From: Myxococcales bacterium
GTDB lineage: Bacteria > Myxococcota_A > UBA9042 > JABWCM01 > BTVJ01
Assembly (NCBI GenBank): GCA_045863395.1
Contig: BTVJ01000002.1
Coordinates: 241,221-305,220, forward strand
DNA: 64,000 nt
Direction of reading: 5' to 3'
Each line of letters begins with the position of its first letter. Position 1 is the first letter of the stretch. Of this stretch, positions 20,493-32,400 are shown piece after piece. The notes under the pieces were generated by a model. It saw only the letters and a program-made list of their open reading frames with translations. It did not search any database and was not told the DNA's origin. The translations under genes were made by a program, and so were the position numbers.

Positions 20493-22325
20493 CTACAGCT
20501 CTTCGGTCCAGCCTTCCGGGAACTGGGGGATGCACTGGGAGATGTTCGCCTTGACGTCCAGGATGCTGTTGATGCTGTCGAGGAGCGCCTGGGGGTCGCC
20601 ATTCGTGACCGGGAAGAAGATGCCGCCGCCGTGCTTGGCGATGGCCGCGTTGGCCGAGTCAGAGGAGCCCTGGCTGATGTCGACCACGTGGATGATCGCC
20701 GTGAGGGGGTTGCCCTCGTAGTCCTTGAGGCGGTTGGCGCCCACGCCATCGATGAGCATGATGGGGCTCGGCGCGCCGTACTCCTGGCACGTCCCGGACT
20801 TGCACTTCGCGCCCGTGCCGCAATCCGAGTCGAAGGCGCACCCCAGGCCGTAGCGAAGCCGTTTCGCCTGGACCATCGGGTTGAAGAAGTTGCTGGTCTC
20901 CGTTGCTGGAGATTCCACGCCGTCGGTGAACAGGATCACCACGTTCTGGCGGCAGCCACGGAGGGGGTCGAAGCACTTGCCGTCGGGGCCGCAGTAATAG
21001 TTGACGTTCCCGCAGTCCGCACGGCTCTCGCAGGGCTTGCCCGCTGGGGTGCCGTACTTGCGCAGAAACTCCCCGGCGTAGAACAGGCTCTTGCCGAGCG
21101 GCGTGCTGCCCGTGGCGCGCAGCTCGTGGTTGGTGTGCGTCGCGCACTCGCCCGCGCCCGACTGCTTGTCGATGGCGCACACGCCGACCGGGCAGTCCAC
21201 GTTCTTGGCGCACGCGGGCCCGATCTTCTCGAAGACCTCGTTGCCGTCCACCCACTCCAGCGCCTTGGGCTTCGTGTCGTCGTCCTCGTCCACCGGGAAG
21301 GGGACCGACAGGATCTCGTGGAGGTACTGGTCGAACCAGCCGCCGTCCGCCACGATGTGGGAGTTGTCGTCACCGGAGATCCAGTCCGAGTTGCCCCCTC
21401 CCGCGGAGCTCATGTTCGTGTAGTGGCCGATGCCCGTCGGATCGAAGAGGCTGCCGCAGGTCTCCGGCGAGTCCGCCTTCTCGCGCTGGGGAAACCGGAG
21501 CATCGCGAAATAGACCCTCTGGAACACCTCAGAGGTGAAGATCTGGTTGAACACCATCTTCGCAAGTCCAAGGCGGGACTGAGGACACTTGAGATCCTCG
21601 CACGCAGGGTAGGGCTGCGCCTTGCACCCGGTCGGGCAGATGCAGGGCACGGCGTCCAATGCGCCGAGGCTGCCCATGGAGCCCGAGGTGTCGAAGATCA
21701 GCACCACGTTGTGCTTGATGGGCTCACACTGGTCCGTGTAGCAGGCGCTCCCGGGCGGGCAGGGGACGTGAGCGTAGCCGGTCCCCCACTCGTCGCACAC
21801 CTGGATCTGGAGCTTGCTGCACTGCTTCTGGCCAGGCTCGCACACCTTCACTTTGCAGTCGCCGACCACGCAGGCGCCATCGGCCGGGCAGGGCGCGCCC
21901 TCGACCCACTTGCTGCCGTCACTGGCGCACTGCTTCGGCGTCAGGCCGTCGCAAGCCTTCTGGTTCGGGAAGCATGCCGTCTGCACGCACTGGCCGCCCT
22001 TGCACCAGGACGGGTAGGTGCAGTGCTCGTCGACGAGGCAGTCCAGGCATGCGCCGCTCGTCGGTTCACAGAAAGTGCCGGGGAGGCAAGCGCAGGCGGC
22101 CGTGTCGGGGTCCTCGACGTCGAGGGGCGCCGGCGTGTCCTCCACCGCGGGGGCGTCCGCCATGGGCGTGTCGACCCACGGTGCCGCGTCATCGGTCGCG
22201 TCCGCCGTCTGGACGTCCGCCGCCGCCACGTCAGAGCCGCCCTGTGGCCCCTCGCCGTCGCCGGTGTCCGAGCACGCCACGAGCTGCAGCACCGCCAGAC
22301 CCGACGCGATCCATGTCCCTCTCAT
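20493..22325 (-). CDS. vWA-domain Cys-rich lipoprotein
   Basis: Lipobox LVAC; MIDAS motif LIFDTSGSM, TPLGKSL, VILFTDG. Confidence 0.85.
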   Translation of the reverse strand: MRGTWIASGLAVLQLVACSDTGDGEGPQGGSDVAAADVQTADATDDAAPWVDTPMADAPAVEDTPAPLDVEDPDTAACACLPGTFCEPTSGACLDCLVDEHCTYPSWCKGGQCVQTACFPNQKACDGLTPKQCASDGSKWVEGAPCPADGACVVGDCKVKVCEPGQKQCSKLQIQVCDEWGTGYAHVPCPPGSACYTDQCEPIKHNVVLIFDTSGSMGSLGALDAVPCICPTGCKAQPYPACEDLKCPQSRLGLAKMVFNQIFTSEVFQRVYFAMLRFPQREKADSPETCGSLFDPTGIGHYTNMSSAGGGNSDWISGDDNSHIVADGGWFDQYLHEILSVPFPVDEDDDTKPKALEWVDGNEVFEKIGPACAKNVDCPVGVCAIDKQSGAGECATHTNHELRATGSTPLGKSLFYAGEFLRKYGTPAGKPCESRADCGNVNYYCGPDGKCFDPLRGCRQNVVILFTDGVESPATETSNFFNPMVQAKRLRYGLGCAFDSDCGTGAKCKSGTCQEYGAPSPIMLIDGVGANRLKDYEGNPLTAIIHVVDISQGSSDSANAAIAKHGGGIFFPVTNGDPQALLDSINSILDVKANISQCIPQFPEGWTEEL

Positions 22326-22394
22326 ACGCTCCTCCAGCCGCCAGACGAGACGCAGCAGCATACCGAAGTGGTCGCGGGCGCGCTACAACCGGTG

Positions 22395-23150
22395 TCAGGC
22401 GGACTGGTCGAGGGCGACGATGGCGTCCGCGAGGGACGTGTCGTCCCGGGCAGCCCGCAGGAGGCCCAGGTTCCCATCATTGCTGCAGAGGTTGGCGATG
22501 CGTGCGAGCAGGTGCAGGTGGAGGTCTGCCGCGCCAGGCGGATCGAGCAGGACGAACAGGACGGACACCGGGATGCCGTCCGGTGTGTCCAGAGCCAGGG
22601 GGGTGCGCAGGTTCGTCACTGCCAGGAGGGGCCTGGGGAGGCCCGAGCACTGCGCGTGGGGGATGGCGACCCCTCCGCCGAGGAGCCAGCCCGCGTGCTC
22701 CGGGTCACGCTCCAGCTCCCGGCACAGCGTGTCGGCGCAAGAGCCCGGATGGACCTGCGTCACCCGCGCGACCACGGCGGAGACCGCCTCGGCCCAATCC
22801 GCGGCGTCCAGGTTGGCGATGACCAGCGCGTCGTCCATGTGGTCGGAGAGCTGGACCGGACGGGCTCGCTCGTGTGCGCCGGACCGGGCGCGGGTGGCCG
22901 CCCGGACGGCGCCGACCACGGCGCCAGCGCCCAGCTCGTGGATGGCGGCCGCGAGCTCCACGAAGTCGTGGGGGGACACCCCGGCGCTGCGGGCCACCTC
23001 GAGGAAGATCTGCACGTGGGGCACCGAGCGGATCCAGCGCGCCGTGTGCTCCGGCGAGCGTACCAGGTCGCTCCCGTGTACCTCGTGCGGCTCCGCTCCA
23101 GATGGGCCCGGGGGCGGGTGGTGCGGGTCGAGCCGTCCGACTGCCGTCAT
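22395..23150 (-). CDS. PTS EIIA (Ntr/fructose-type) domain protein with N-terminal extension
   Basis: GGGVAIPHA phospho-His motif, DTPDGIPVSVLF, HLHLLARIA; AGGAGGAG RBS. Confidence 0.8.
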   Translation of the reverse strand: MTAVGRLDPHHPPPGPSGAEPHEVHGSDLVRSPEHTARWIRSVPHVQIFLEVARSAGVSPHDFVELAAAIHELGAGAVVGAVRAATRARSGAHERARPVQLSDHMDDALVIANLDAADWAEAVSAVVARVTQVHPGSCADTLCRELERDPEHAGWLLGGGVAIPHAQCSGLPRPLLAVTNLRTPLALDTPDGIPVSVLFVLLDPPGAADLHLHLLARIANLCSNDGNLGLLRAARDDTSLADAIVALDQSA

Positions 23151-23486
23151 GACTCCTCCTGGCAAGTGCCGGGGACTGAAGCACGCGCGGGCGAGGCCCC
23201 ATTCCCAAGATCGGCGACTCTACCACAGTCGGACGGCGTTGGTGGTGACATCGGCGAGCGTCGCGAGTCGACCCACGGGTCGGTCACTCGACGCAGACCG
23301 ACCGGTGAGTCGGTCGGGTTCACACTGCGCCATGACCAGCGATGGCGCGGAGATGGACGTGTCTCACCGCCACAGAATAGTCTTGCCACCCCCAGGCATC
23401 CGTGGTAGGGGTGGCGCACGCCGGAGCAACCGGGACGCGCCAACCCGTTGGTGTCGGCGTGCGACCATGCAGGGAGCCTTCACACC

Positions 23487-24455
23487 ATGCGCATCTTCGT
23501 CACGGGCGGTAACGGCTTCATCGGGTCGGCGGTGGTCAGGAAGCTCGCGGCGCAGGGCCACCACGTCCGCTGCCTGCTCCGCGACACGAGCGACACGGCG
23601 CGCATCTCCGGCGTCGCGTTCGAGCGGGTGCCCGGCGACGTGCGGGACGCAGCGAGCGTGAGCGCCGGCGCGGCAGGCTGCGACGGCATCCTGCACCTGG
23701 CCAGCCTGTCGAACTGGAACGACATCCACTCTCCCCAGATGCACGACGTGGTCATCGGCGGCAGCCGCAACGTGCTGGATGCGGCGCGCGCCCACGGAGA
23801 CGTGCGCACCGTGTTCGTCAGCAGCATCATCGCGGTGAACGGGACGGAGGACCCGGTGGTCCAGGACGAGGACTCCGAGTGCACGCTGCCCCTCCACAAG
23901 CTGGTCTACGCCCAGTCGAAGCGAGAGGTGGAGTCCATGTGCCGCGCGGCCGCGGGCAAGGGGCTCCCCGTGACCATCGTCAACCCGGCCGAGGTCTACG
24001 GGCCTGACGACACGGCGCTGATCACCGCGGGGAACCTCATCGACTTCGCGAAGAGCAGCCCGGTGCTGGTGCCGTCGGGCGGGACGAGCGTCGTCTACGT
24101 CGAAGACGTGGCCGACGGCATCATCGCGGCCCTGGAGCGGGGGCGCCCCGGGGAGCGCTACATCCTGGGCGGCGAGAACCTCTCCATCAAGCAGCTCGCC
24201 GAGCTGACGCTGGAGCTGCTCGGGCAGAAGAAGAAGATCATGCTCCTGCCGAACGGGCTGATCCGGGGCGTGGCGCGGGTGGGCTCGGCCCTGCGCATCC
24301 CGCTGCCCTTCAACCCGGCGGTCATCCCCTATGCGACGCTGTACTGGTTCATGGACAACGGGAAGGCGCGGAGAGACCTGGGCGTGAGCTTCCGCTCCGC
24401 CCGCGAGGCGCTCGCGCCGACCATCGAGTGGCTCAAGTCCAGCGGGCGCGTCTGA
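23487..24455 (+). CDS. Extended SDR / NAD-dependent epimerase-reductase
   Basis: TGGNGFIG, VSS, YAQSK catalytic motif, VNPAEVYGP. Confidence 0.9.
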   Translation: MRIFVTGGNGFIGSAVVRKLAAQGHHVRCLLRDTSDTARISGVAFERVPGDVRDAASVSAGAAGCDGILHLASLSNWNDIHSPQMHDVVIGGSRNVLDAARAHGDVRTVFVSSIIAVNGTEDPVVQDEDSECTLPLHKLVYAQSKREVESMCRAAAGKGLPVTIVNPAEVYGPDDTALITAGNLIDFAKSSPVLVPSGGTSVVYVEDVADGIIAALERGRPGERYILGGENLSIKQLAELTLELLGQKKKIMLLPNGLIRGVARVGSALRIPLPFNPAVIPYATLYWFMDNGKARRDLGVSFRSAREALAPTIEWLKSSGRV

Positions 24456-24465
24456 GCCCGCAGCA

Positions 24466-26280
24466 TTGGAGGACGTGGTGGAGATCCTGACGATTGTGGA
24501 TGCGATGGTGCGCACCGCGGCGCGCCACCCGGATCGCGGCTTCATCTTCCTCGACGACAAGGGCGTCGAGACCGCCTACACCTTTCCGCAGATCCTCGCC
24601 GAGGCGCAGCGCCGCGGGCGCGCGCTGTCGAAGCGGGGCCTGCGCAAGGGCGACCGCATGGCGCTGGTCGTGCCGGACCCGGAGGACTTCATCCTCACGT
24701 TCTTCGGCGCCCTGTGCGCCGGCGTCATCCCGGTGCCGCTGTACCCGCCCCTCGCGCTCGGCAAGCTGGACGCCTACATCGACGCCAGCGTGAAGATCAT
24801 GACGGCGGCGGGCGCGCGCATCCTGCTGACCACCGGGAAGGTCCAGCCGGTGCTCTGGTCGTGCATGGGCAAGGTGCCGGGCCTCGAGGACATCCTGGTG
24901 GTGGACAAGGCCTTCGCCGGCGACCCTGGTTCCTCGGAGCTCCCGGACGTCGCGGCCGAGGACATCGCGTTCCTCCAGTTCACGTCCGGCAGCACGTCCG
25001 ACCCCAAGGGCGTCATCGTCACCCACCGGAACCTCGTGGCCAACACCACGGACATCTGGGCGGGCATCGAGATCGGCAACCCCGAGGACATGGTCGTGAG
25101 CTGGCTGCCGCTCTACCACGACATGGGCCTCATCGGGAAGGTGCTGACCCCGCTGGTCAGCGGTACGCGGGCCGTGTTCATCCCCACGCTGAGCTTCCTC
25201 AAGAAGCCGACCGTGTGGATGGACGTGATGACGAAGTACGAGGCGACGGTCACGTTCGCCCCCAACTTCGCGTACTCCCTGGCGACGCGAAGGGCAAAGC
25301 CCGAGCACCTGGCGCGCTGGGACCTGTCCCGGATGCGGGTGTTCGGCTGCGGCGCGGAGCCCATCAAGCCCGAGACCATGAGCGAGTTCACCGAGACCTT
25401 CGCCGCCGCGGGCCTGAAGCCCGAGGCGATGCTGCCCTGCTACGGCATGGCGGAGGCGACGCTGGCCATCAGCTTCGTTCCGCTGCGCGCCAAGGTGGAG
25501 ACGGACCTCATCGACGCCGACACCTACCACGAGAAGGGATGGGCGGTGGAGGTCCCGCGGGGGACGCCCAACACCATGGAGCTCGTGTCCTGCGGGTCTG
25601 TCTTTCCAGGCCACGAGATCGGGGTCATGGACGAGGCCGGGCGGCTGCTGCCGGAGCGGCGCGTCGGTGAGCTGTGCCTCCGCGGGCCGTCCGTGACGCC
25701 GGGCTACTGGCGGAACCCGGAGGCCACGGCGCGCACCATCGTCGACGGCTGGCTCCACACGGGGGACCTGGGCTACGTGGCGGGGGGCCGTGTGTTCGTC
25801 TCGGGGCGCAAGAAGGACATCCTGATCCTGAACGGGCGCAACTACTATCCCCAGTCCGTGGAGTGGCTCATCGAGGAGCTGCCCGGCGTTCGCAAGGGCA
25901 ACGTGGTCGTGTTCTCGCGGCCTGGCGCCTCGTCGGAGGAGCTGGTGGTCGCAGCGGAGACGCGGGCCGCCGGGAGCGAGGACCTCAAGGCCGAGATCCG
26001 GCGCATCGTCTCCGACGAGCTGTCGCTGCGCGTCGCCGACATCGTGTTCCTGTCGGCGGGGCAGCTCCCGAAGACGTCCAGCGGCAAGGTCCAGCGGGCC
26101 AAGACGCGGGACCAGTACATCCGGGGCACCCTGGGCAGGGAGGGCGTGCGCACCATGGGCAGCTCGGACCGCATCGTCATCGCGCGGCACTTGGCCGTGT
26201 CCTTCCTGCGACGGGCCGGGCACCGGGCCCGGCGCCTCGTGCCGACCGTGATCAACCGCTTCTTCCAGCCGTCGCCATAG
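24466..26280 (+). CDS. Fatty acyl-AMP ligase
   Basis: FLQFTSGSTSDPKG, SWLPLYHDMGLIG, CYGMAEATL, FAAL-type insertion before LVSCG, LPKTSSGK. Start uncertain (TTG). Confidence 0.9.
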   Translation: MEDVVEILTIVDAMVRTAARHPDRGFIFLDDKGVETAYTFPQILAEAQRRGRALSKRGLRKGDRMALVVPDPEDFILTFFGALCAGVIPVPLYPPLALGKLDAYIDASVKIMTAAGARILLTTGKVQPVLWSCMGKVPGLEDILVVDKAFAGDPGSSELPDVAAEDIAFLQFTSGSTSDPKGVIVTHRNLVANTTDIWAGIEIGNPEDMVVSWLPLYHDMGLIGKVLTPLVSGTRAVFIPTLSFLKKPTVWMDVMTKYEATVTFAPNFAYSLATRRAKPEHLARWDLSRMRVFGCGAEPIKPETMSEFTETFAAAGLKPEAMLPCYGMAEATLAISFVPLRAKVETDLIDADTYHEKGWAVEVPRGTPNTMELVSCGSVFPGHEIGVMDEAGRLLPERRVGELCLRGPSVTPGYWRNPEATARTIVDGWLHTGDLGYVAGGRVFVSGRKKDILILNGRNYYPQSVEWLIEELPGVRKGNVVVFSRPGASSEELVVAAETRAAGSEDLKAEIRRIVSDELSLRVADIVFLSAGQLPKTSSGKVQRAKTRDQYIRGTLGREGVRTMGSSDRIVIARHLAVSFLRRAGHRARRLVPTVINRFFQPSP

Positions 26281-26420
26281 GCGCTCGGGGCTCGCGATCC
26301 TCGACGGTCGCGTGACGGAGACCGCGGTGGGGGCACCGCTTCGACACACCCCTCGGGCACGCGCCCGATTCAGAATTCCGCCTTGGCGGGTCCGCGGGCT
26401 CGCCGGCTCCGGAGACTCCC

Positions 26421-29400
26421 ATGACAGACATCACCCGTGACCGCCACGACATCGCCATCATCGGCATGGGGTGCCGCTTCCCGTCCGCGCCTGACCTGTG
26501 GTCCTTCTGGGATCTCATCCGATCACGCACCGTGACGTTCAAGGACGTCCCAGCCGACCGCTGGAACCACGACCTCTTCGTCGACCCGTCGCCGCGCGCC
26601 AAGGACAAGGGCTATGCGCGCCGGGGGGCCTTCTTGGACGACGTGCGGCGCTTCGCGGCGCTGCACTATGGGCTGGCGCCCCTGCGCGTGAAGGTCATGG
26701 ACCCGCAGCACCGGCTCCTTCTGGACGTGGTGCGGGACACGCTCGGGGACGCGGGCTACGACGCGCGGCCCTTCGACCGGGCGGGGACCGGGGTCTTCGT
26801 CGGGGCGAGCGTGTCGGAGTACAAGAACCTCCAGACTGCGCGCCTCGTCGCCATGCAGCTCTTCGACGGGGCGCTGGGCGAGCCCATTGGTGACCGCCTG
26901 AGCGACGAGGAGCGAGAGGCGCTGGTGGCAGCGGCCGTTCCCCTGCGCGCCTACAGCATCGCAGGCTCCCTCCTGAACATGGCCGCCGCCACCGTGAGCC
27001 AGGTCTTCGACCTGGGCGGGCCCGCCATGGCCATGGACGCGGCGTGCTCGTCGGCGCTGGTCGCGCTCAACGAGGCCATCGTCCACCTGCGGGCGGGCAC
27101 GTGCAACGCGGCCATCGCCGGTGGCATGTACGTGATCCTGTCCCCCGACAACTTCGTCGGCTTCGCTCGGGTCGGCGCCATGAGCAAGCGGGACGAGTGC
27201 CGCCCCTTCGACGCGCTGGCCGACGGCTTCGTGATGGGCGAGGGCGTCGGCGCGGTGATGCTGAAGCGCCTCGGCGACGCGGTGCGGGACGGCGACCGCA
27301 TCTGGGGCGTGATCCGGGGCGCGGGCTGCAACAACGACGGCCGCGGCGAGGGCCCCATGACGCCCCGGCTGGAGGGCCAGGTGGAGGCGGTGCGGCGCGC
27401 CTACGAGGACGCGGGTCTGTCGCCTGATTCGATCGGATACGTGGAGGCCCACGGGACAGGCACGCCCGTCGGGGACCCCGTGGAGCTCCAGGCGCTGGAC
27501 CAGGCGTGGCGTGAGCTGCGCGGCGGCGCCCCGCACGGGCGCACGGCGTGGCTCGGGTCCGTGAAGGCCAACATCGGCCACACCATGGCCGCGGCGGGAG
27601 TGGCGGGGCTGATTCGGGCGACCCTGGCCATGGAGCGGGGCGTCGTGCCGCCGCAGGCGGGGTTTGAGACTCCGAACCCGCGCATCGACTTCGAGGCGTC
27701 GCCCTTCCGGGTGCCCACCGACGCCGTGCCCTGGACCGAGGACGGGCCCCGGCGGGCGGCCCTCAGCTCCTTCGGCTTCGGCGGCACGAACGTCCACGTG
27801 GTGCTGGAGCAGGCGCCGGTGCGGCAGAGGGGCGTCGAGGCGCGGCCTGAGCCCTTCGTGCTCTCCGCGCCCACGCGGCCGCTGCTGGTCGAGCACCTGC
27901 GGGCGGTCCGCGCGACGCTGGACGGTGGCGACGCCCCCCTGCGGGACCTGGCCTTCACCCTGTGCGCGACCCGCTCTCACGAGGCGGTCCGTGTCTCGCT
28001 GGCGGCGTCCTCCCGCGAGGAGCTCACGCGGAAGCTGGAGCGGGCGGCGGTGGCGCTGGCCGGGGAGAGCCCGGCGACCGATCTCGGCGACGGCGTGCGG
28101 TGGGCAAAGGCGGGGGATCCGAAGGTCGCCTTCCTGTTCCCCGGGCAGGGGGCCCAGGCGGTGGGGCTGCTGGAGCGGCTCTACGAGCGGCTGCCCCTGT
28201 TCCGCGAGCACCTGGACGCGGTCGCCGGGGCAGCGGGCGATGTGCTCGGGTGCCCGGTGACGCGGTTCCTGTACCCGGAGGCGGGGACGGACCTCGCTGC
28301 CGCCGAGGAGGCGCTCAAGCAGACCGAGGTGTGCCAGCCCGCAATGGCGGCGCTGGGCATCGCGCTGGCCCGGACGCTCGCTGACCTCGGGGTAGAGCCG
28401 GCCGTGACCACCGGGCACTCCCTGGGTGAGTTCGTCGCGGCTGCGGCGGGTGGAGTGCTGGACGGGGACGAGATGGTCCGCTTCGTCGCCGAGCGGGGCG
28501 CGGCCATGGCGGCGTTGGGTGGTGACCGGGGGGCCATGGCGGCGGTCCGGGCGCCGCGGGCGGACGTGGAGCGGTGGGCGGCCGAGCACGGCGTGGTCGT
28601 CGCCAACCACAACCAGCCGCAGCAGAGCGTCGTGTCGGGGTCGACCGAGGGCGTGCGGGCGCTCGTGGCGAAGCTGGAGGCCCAGGGGGTCAAGGCGGCG
28701 CTGCTGCCCGTGAGCCACGCCTTCCACTCTCCCATCGTGGCTCCCGCGGTCCCCGCCATCGGGGAGGCGGTCGGGCGCATGGGGGTGGCGGCTGCGCGGG
28801 TGCCCGTCGTGAGCTGCGTGGCGCGGCGCCTGTACCCGGAGGACGAGCGCGGGGCCCGGTCCATCATGACGGCCCACGCCACGGAGCAGGTGGACTTCGT
28901 CGCAGGGTTGGAGCTCTGTGCCGCGCAGGGCGCGCAGGTGTACCTGGAGGTGGGCGCCGGGGAGACCCTCGCCGCCTTCGCGCGGCGGACCCAGCCGGGG
29001 GTGACCGCCCTGTCGCTGGCAGATCTGAAGGACGACACGGGGACGCGCTTCGCCGAGGCGCTGGCCTTCCTGGCCGCGCTCGGGGCGCCGGTGCGCTTCG
29101 ACCGGCTGTTCCAGGGGCGGGACGTGGCCGTGGCGAGCGTGCCCATGTGCCCGCTGGAGACCGAGGAGTACTGGGTGATCGACGACGACAAGCGGAAGGT
29201 CGAGCCCTCGCAGGGGCGGTCGGCGGGGGTCGCCGCCGCACCGGCGCCTGCGGCTCCCGTGAGAGTGAATGACGCGGGGCCGAGCCCGGAGCTCGTGGCC
29301 CTGCTCCGCGAGCAGACGGCGGTGCTCGCGTCCCAGAGCGCCATCCTGCAGCGGCAGGTGGAGCTGCTCGGGGGGGGGGCCGGACCCGCTGTCCGCACGG

Positions 29401-32400
29401 CACAGCCTCTTGTAGCCCCGGACCCGATGCCGACCGAGGTGGCCGCTGCCCCCGAGGGTCGGCCACAGGTCCAGGAGGCCCGGGTTGTCACGAGCCGGAG
29501 TGCGACGACCAAGGTGGAGAAGGCCGCCCCCCCGAGCGCGCCCGAGCCGCCGACCGTCGACCGGGAAGCCGTGAGGGAGCGCATCGTGGCGGCGGTGGCC
29601 CGCATCAGCGCCTTCCCGGCGGCCCAGGTGCGCGCGGACCAGTCCCTGGTCACGGAGCTTGGCTTCGACTCCCTGATGGTCGCCGACCTGGTGACCGCCG
29701 TGGGTGAGGCATGGCCCGCGCTCGGCGGCGTCCCCCAGTCGCTGTTCACCCGGGAGCTCAACGTGGGCGACCTGGTCGCCTGGGTCTCCGAGGCCCTCGA
29801 GAGGGGCGCGCCGCGCCGCGCCGTCACCGACGGGGCGCCGATCCAGCGCCTCGTGCCGCGCCTGCGAGTGGCCCCCTCGGAGCCCGGCGCGCGCTTCCAG
29901 GTGCCCGGGGCGCTCCTCATGAGCGCGGACGCCGCCGGCATCGCCCGGGAGCTGGCCGAGCGCCTCGTCGCCCGCGGCCAGGAGGTGGTGCTGGTCGAGC
30001 CGGGGGACGCACCCCTCGCTGGGGAGCACCTGCACACGGTAGGCTGGGGGGCCCTCGCCGAGGTGCCGGACGTCGGGGGCGCCATCCACCTCGCCGACGT
30101 GCTCGCAGAGGGTGGCGACCTGGTTGGGCCCACGGGCCGCCTCCTCGCCCTCGCGCGGGCGGCCGCCAAGGGCGCGACGCCCGCGGCGCTCGTGGCCGTG
30201 ACGGGCCTGGGCGGGGGCATGGGCCTCGACGGTGGCGACGGTCGCGCGGCCCAGCGCGGGATGGCGGGCCTGGTCAAGTCCGCGGCCCGGGAGTGGGGCG
30301 CGGCCCTCGCCAAGGTCATCGACGTGGATCCGAGCCTGCCCGCCGCGGCCCTCGCGGACGCGCTCCTCGCGGAGCTGGACGCCGCGGACCGCACGGTGGA
30401 GGTGGGCCTCGGCCCGGAGCGCCGCGGGGTGGTCCTGGAGGACGCCCCCCTGTCGGACGCTCCCGTGACCCTCGCGCCGGGTGCGGTGGTGGTGGTCACC
30501 GGCGGGGGGCGCGGCGTCGGCGCCGCGGTCTCCCTGGAGCTGGCGCGCCGGTACCGGCCGCGCCTGGCGATCCTGGGCCGCTCGGCCCCTGGAGGCAGCA
30601 ACGGCGGCGGCGAGCTGGCAGCTCACCTCGCGGCCCTCACCGAGGCCGGGGCGCAGGTCCACTACGAGTCCTGCGACGTCTCCGACCCGGAGCAGCTCGC
30701 TCGCACATTGTCGCGGGTCCGCGTGGCGCTCGGGCCCGTGGAGGCGATCATCCACGCGGCGGGCGTGCTGGCCGACGGCGCCCTCGCCACCAAGCCCGAC
30801 GACGCCCTCGCCCGGGTCATGGCCCCCAAGGCCACCGGGGCAGCGAACCTGCTCGCGGCGACGCAGGACGATCCGGTCCGCCTGGTCGCCCTGTTCTCGT
30901 CGTGGGCGGGGCGCTTCGGCAACGCGGGGCAGGCCGACTACGCCGCCGCCAACGAGATCCTGAGCGCCCTGGCCCGGGAGGCGAGCCGCCTGCGCCCGTC
31001 CGTCAAGACGGTCAGCATCGACTGGCCCCTCTGGGAGGGGGTCGGCATGGCCGAGTCCCTGAGCGCCGCCGCCGTGGACGCCATGCGCGATGCGGGCGTG
31101 ACCTTCCTGAAGGCCGACGAGGGCGCAGACCTCCTGCTGCGGGAGCTCGCCACGCCGGGCTCGGGGGAGGTGGTCTTCGGCCGCGACCTGCCCGTCCGCC
31201 AGGCCGGGTTCCTTCTGACCGACCACCTCGACGTGGAGTCCCACCCCTACCTGGACGACCATCGCCTGGAGAGCGCGCCCGTCGTGCCTCTCGCCATCGC
31301 CACCGACTACGCCGCCCGCTGTGTGCCGGGCGACGAGGGCGTGCGCATCGACGGGCTCACGCTGTACCAGGGCATCATCGTGGACGAGCCGGTCACGGTC
31401 GTCGTAGAGGCCCGCGTCGAGGAGCGCGCCCGCACCACCGCGGAGGTGCAGATCCTGGCCGGGACCGCGCGGACCCTCGCCTATCGCTGCTCGGTGACCG
31501 CGGGCGCCGAGGCGCGGGAGGCGGACACGACGCTCCTGGCCGCGAGGGGCACGGGCAAGGCTCCGACGCTGCCGCTGGACGTGTTCTACCGGGACCACAC
31601 CTTCCACGGGCCGTTGCTCCAGGGCGTCATCGCCATCGACGAGGTGGGGGAGCGCCACGCCAGCGGCATGGTCCGGGCATCGCGCCCTCGGGACTGGGTG
31701 CCCGGGGACCCGCGCACAGCGTGGGCGGTCGACCCGCTGGTCCTCGACGCGAGCTTCCAGATCGCCGCCTACTGGGCCCGCGTCACGCACGCTCGCAAGG
31801 GCTACCCGACGGGCTTCGAGGAGCTGCGCCTGATCGCCCCCTTCGGCGCGGGCCCGGTGCGCTGCACCGTGACCTTCCGCGCGCAGGACGGGGACCGCTT
31901 CCAGGGCGACATCGTCTACCAGGACGCGACCGGGCGCATCGTGGCGGTCCTGACGGGCATCCAGGCGCTCTTCGTGGAGGACGCCCCAGCAAAGGCCACC
32001 GGCAACGGCCACAAGGCCCCGACTCGAGAGGACGGCGCCGACATCCCGGAGGAGCACTGGCGCTTCGAGCTCTACGAGCCCTACAAGGCGCTGCGCCAGC
32101 GCATCCACGCGGTGGAGCTGTCCGGCATCGGAAACCCCTACTTCAACGTGCACGAGCGGGTGACGGGCGACACGACCGTCATCGACGGCCGCGAGCTGAT
32201 CAACTACTCCAGCTACAACTACATCGGCATGTCGGGCCACCCCGACGTGACCCGCGCGGCCCAGGAGGCCATCGCGCGGTACGGGACCAGCGTGTCGGCG
32301 AGCCGCATCGCGTCGGGCGAGAAGCCGCTGCACCGGGAGCTGGAGCGGGCGATCAGCGAGGTCATCGGCACGGAGGACTGCATCGTCTACGTGGGCGGTC

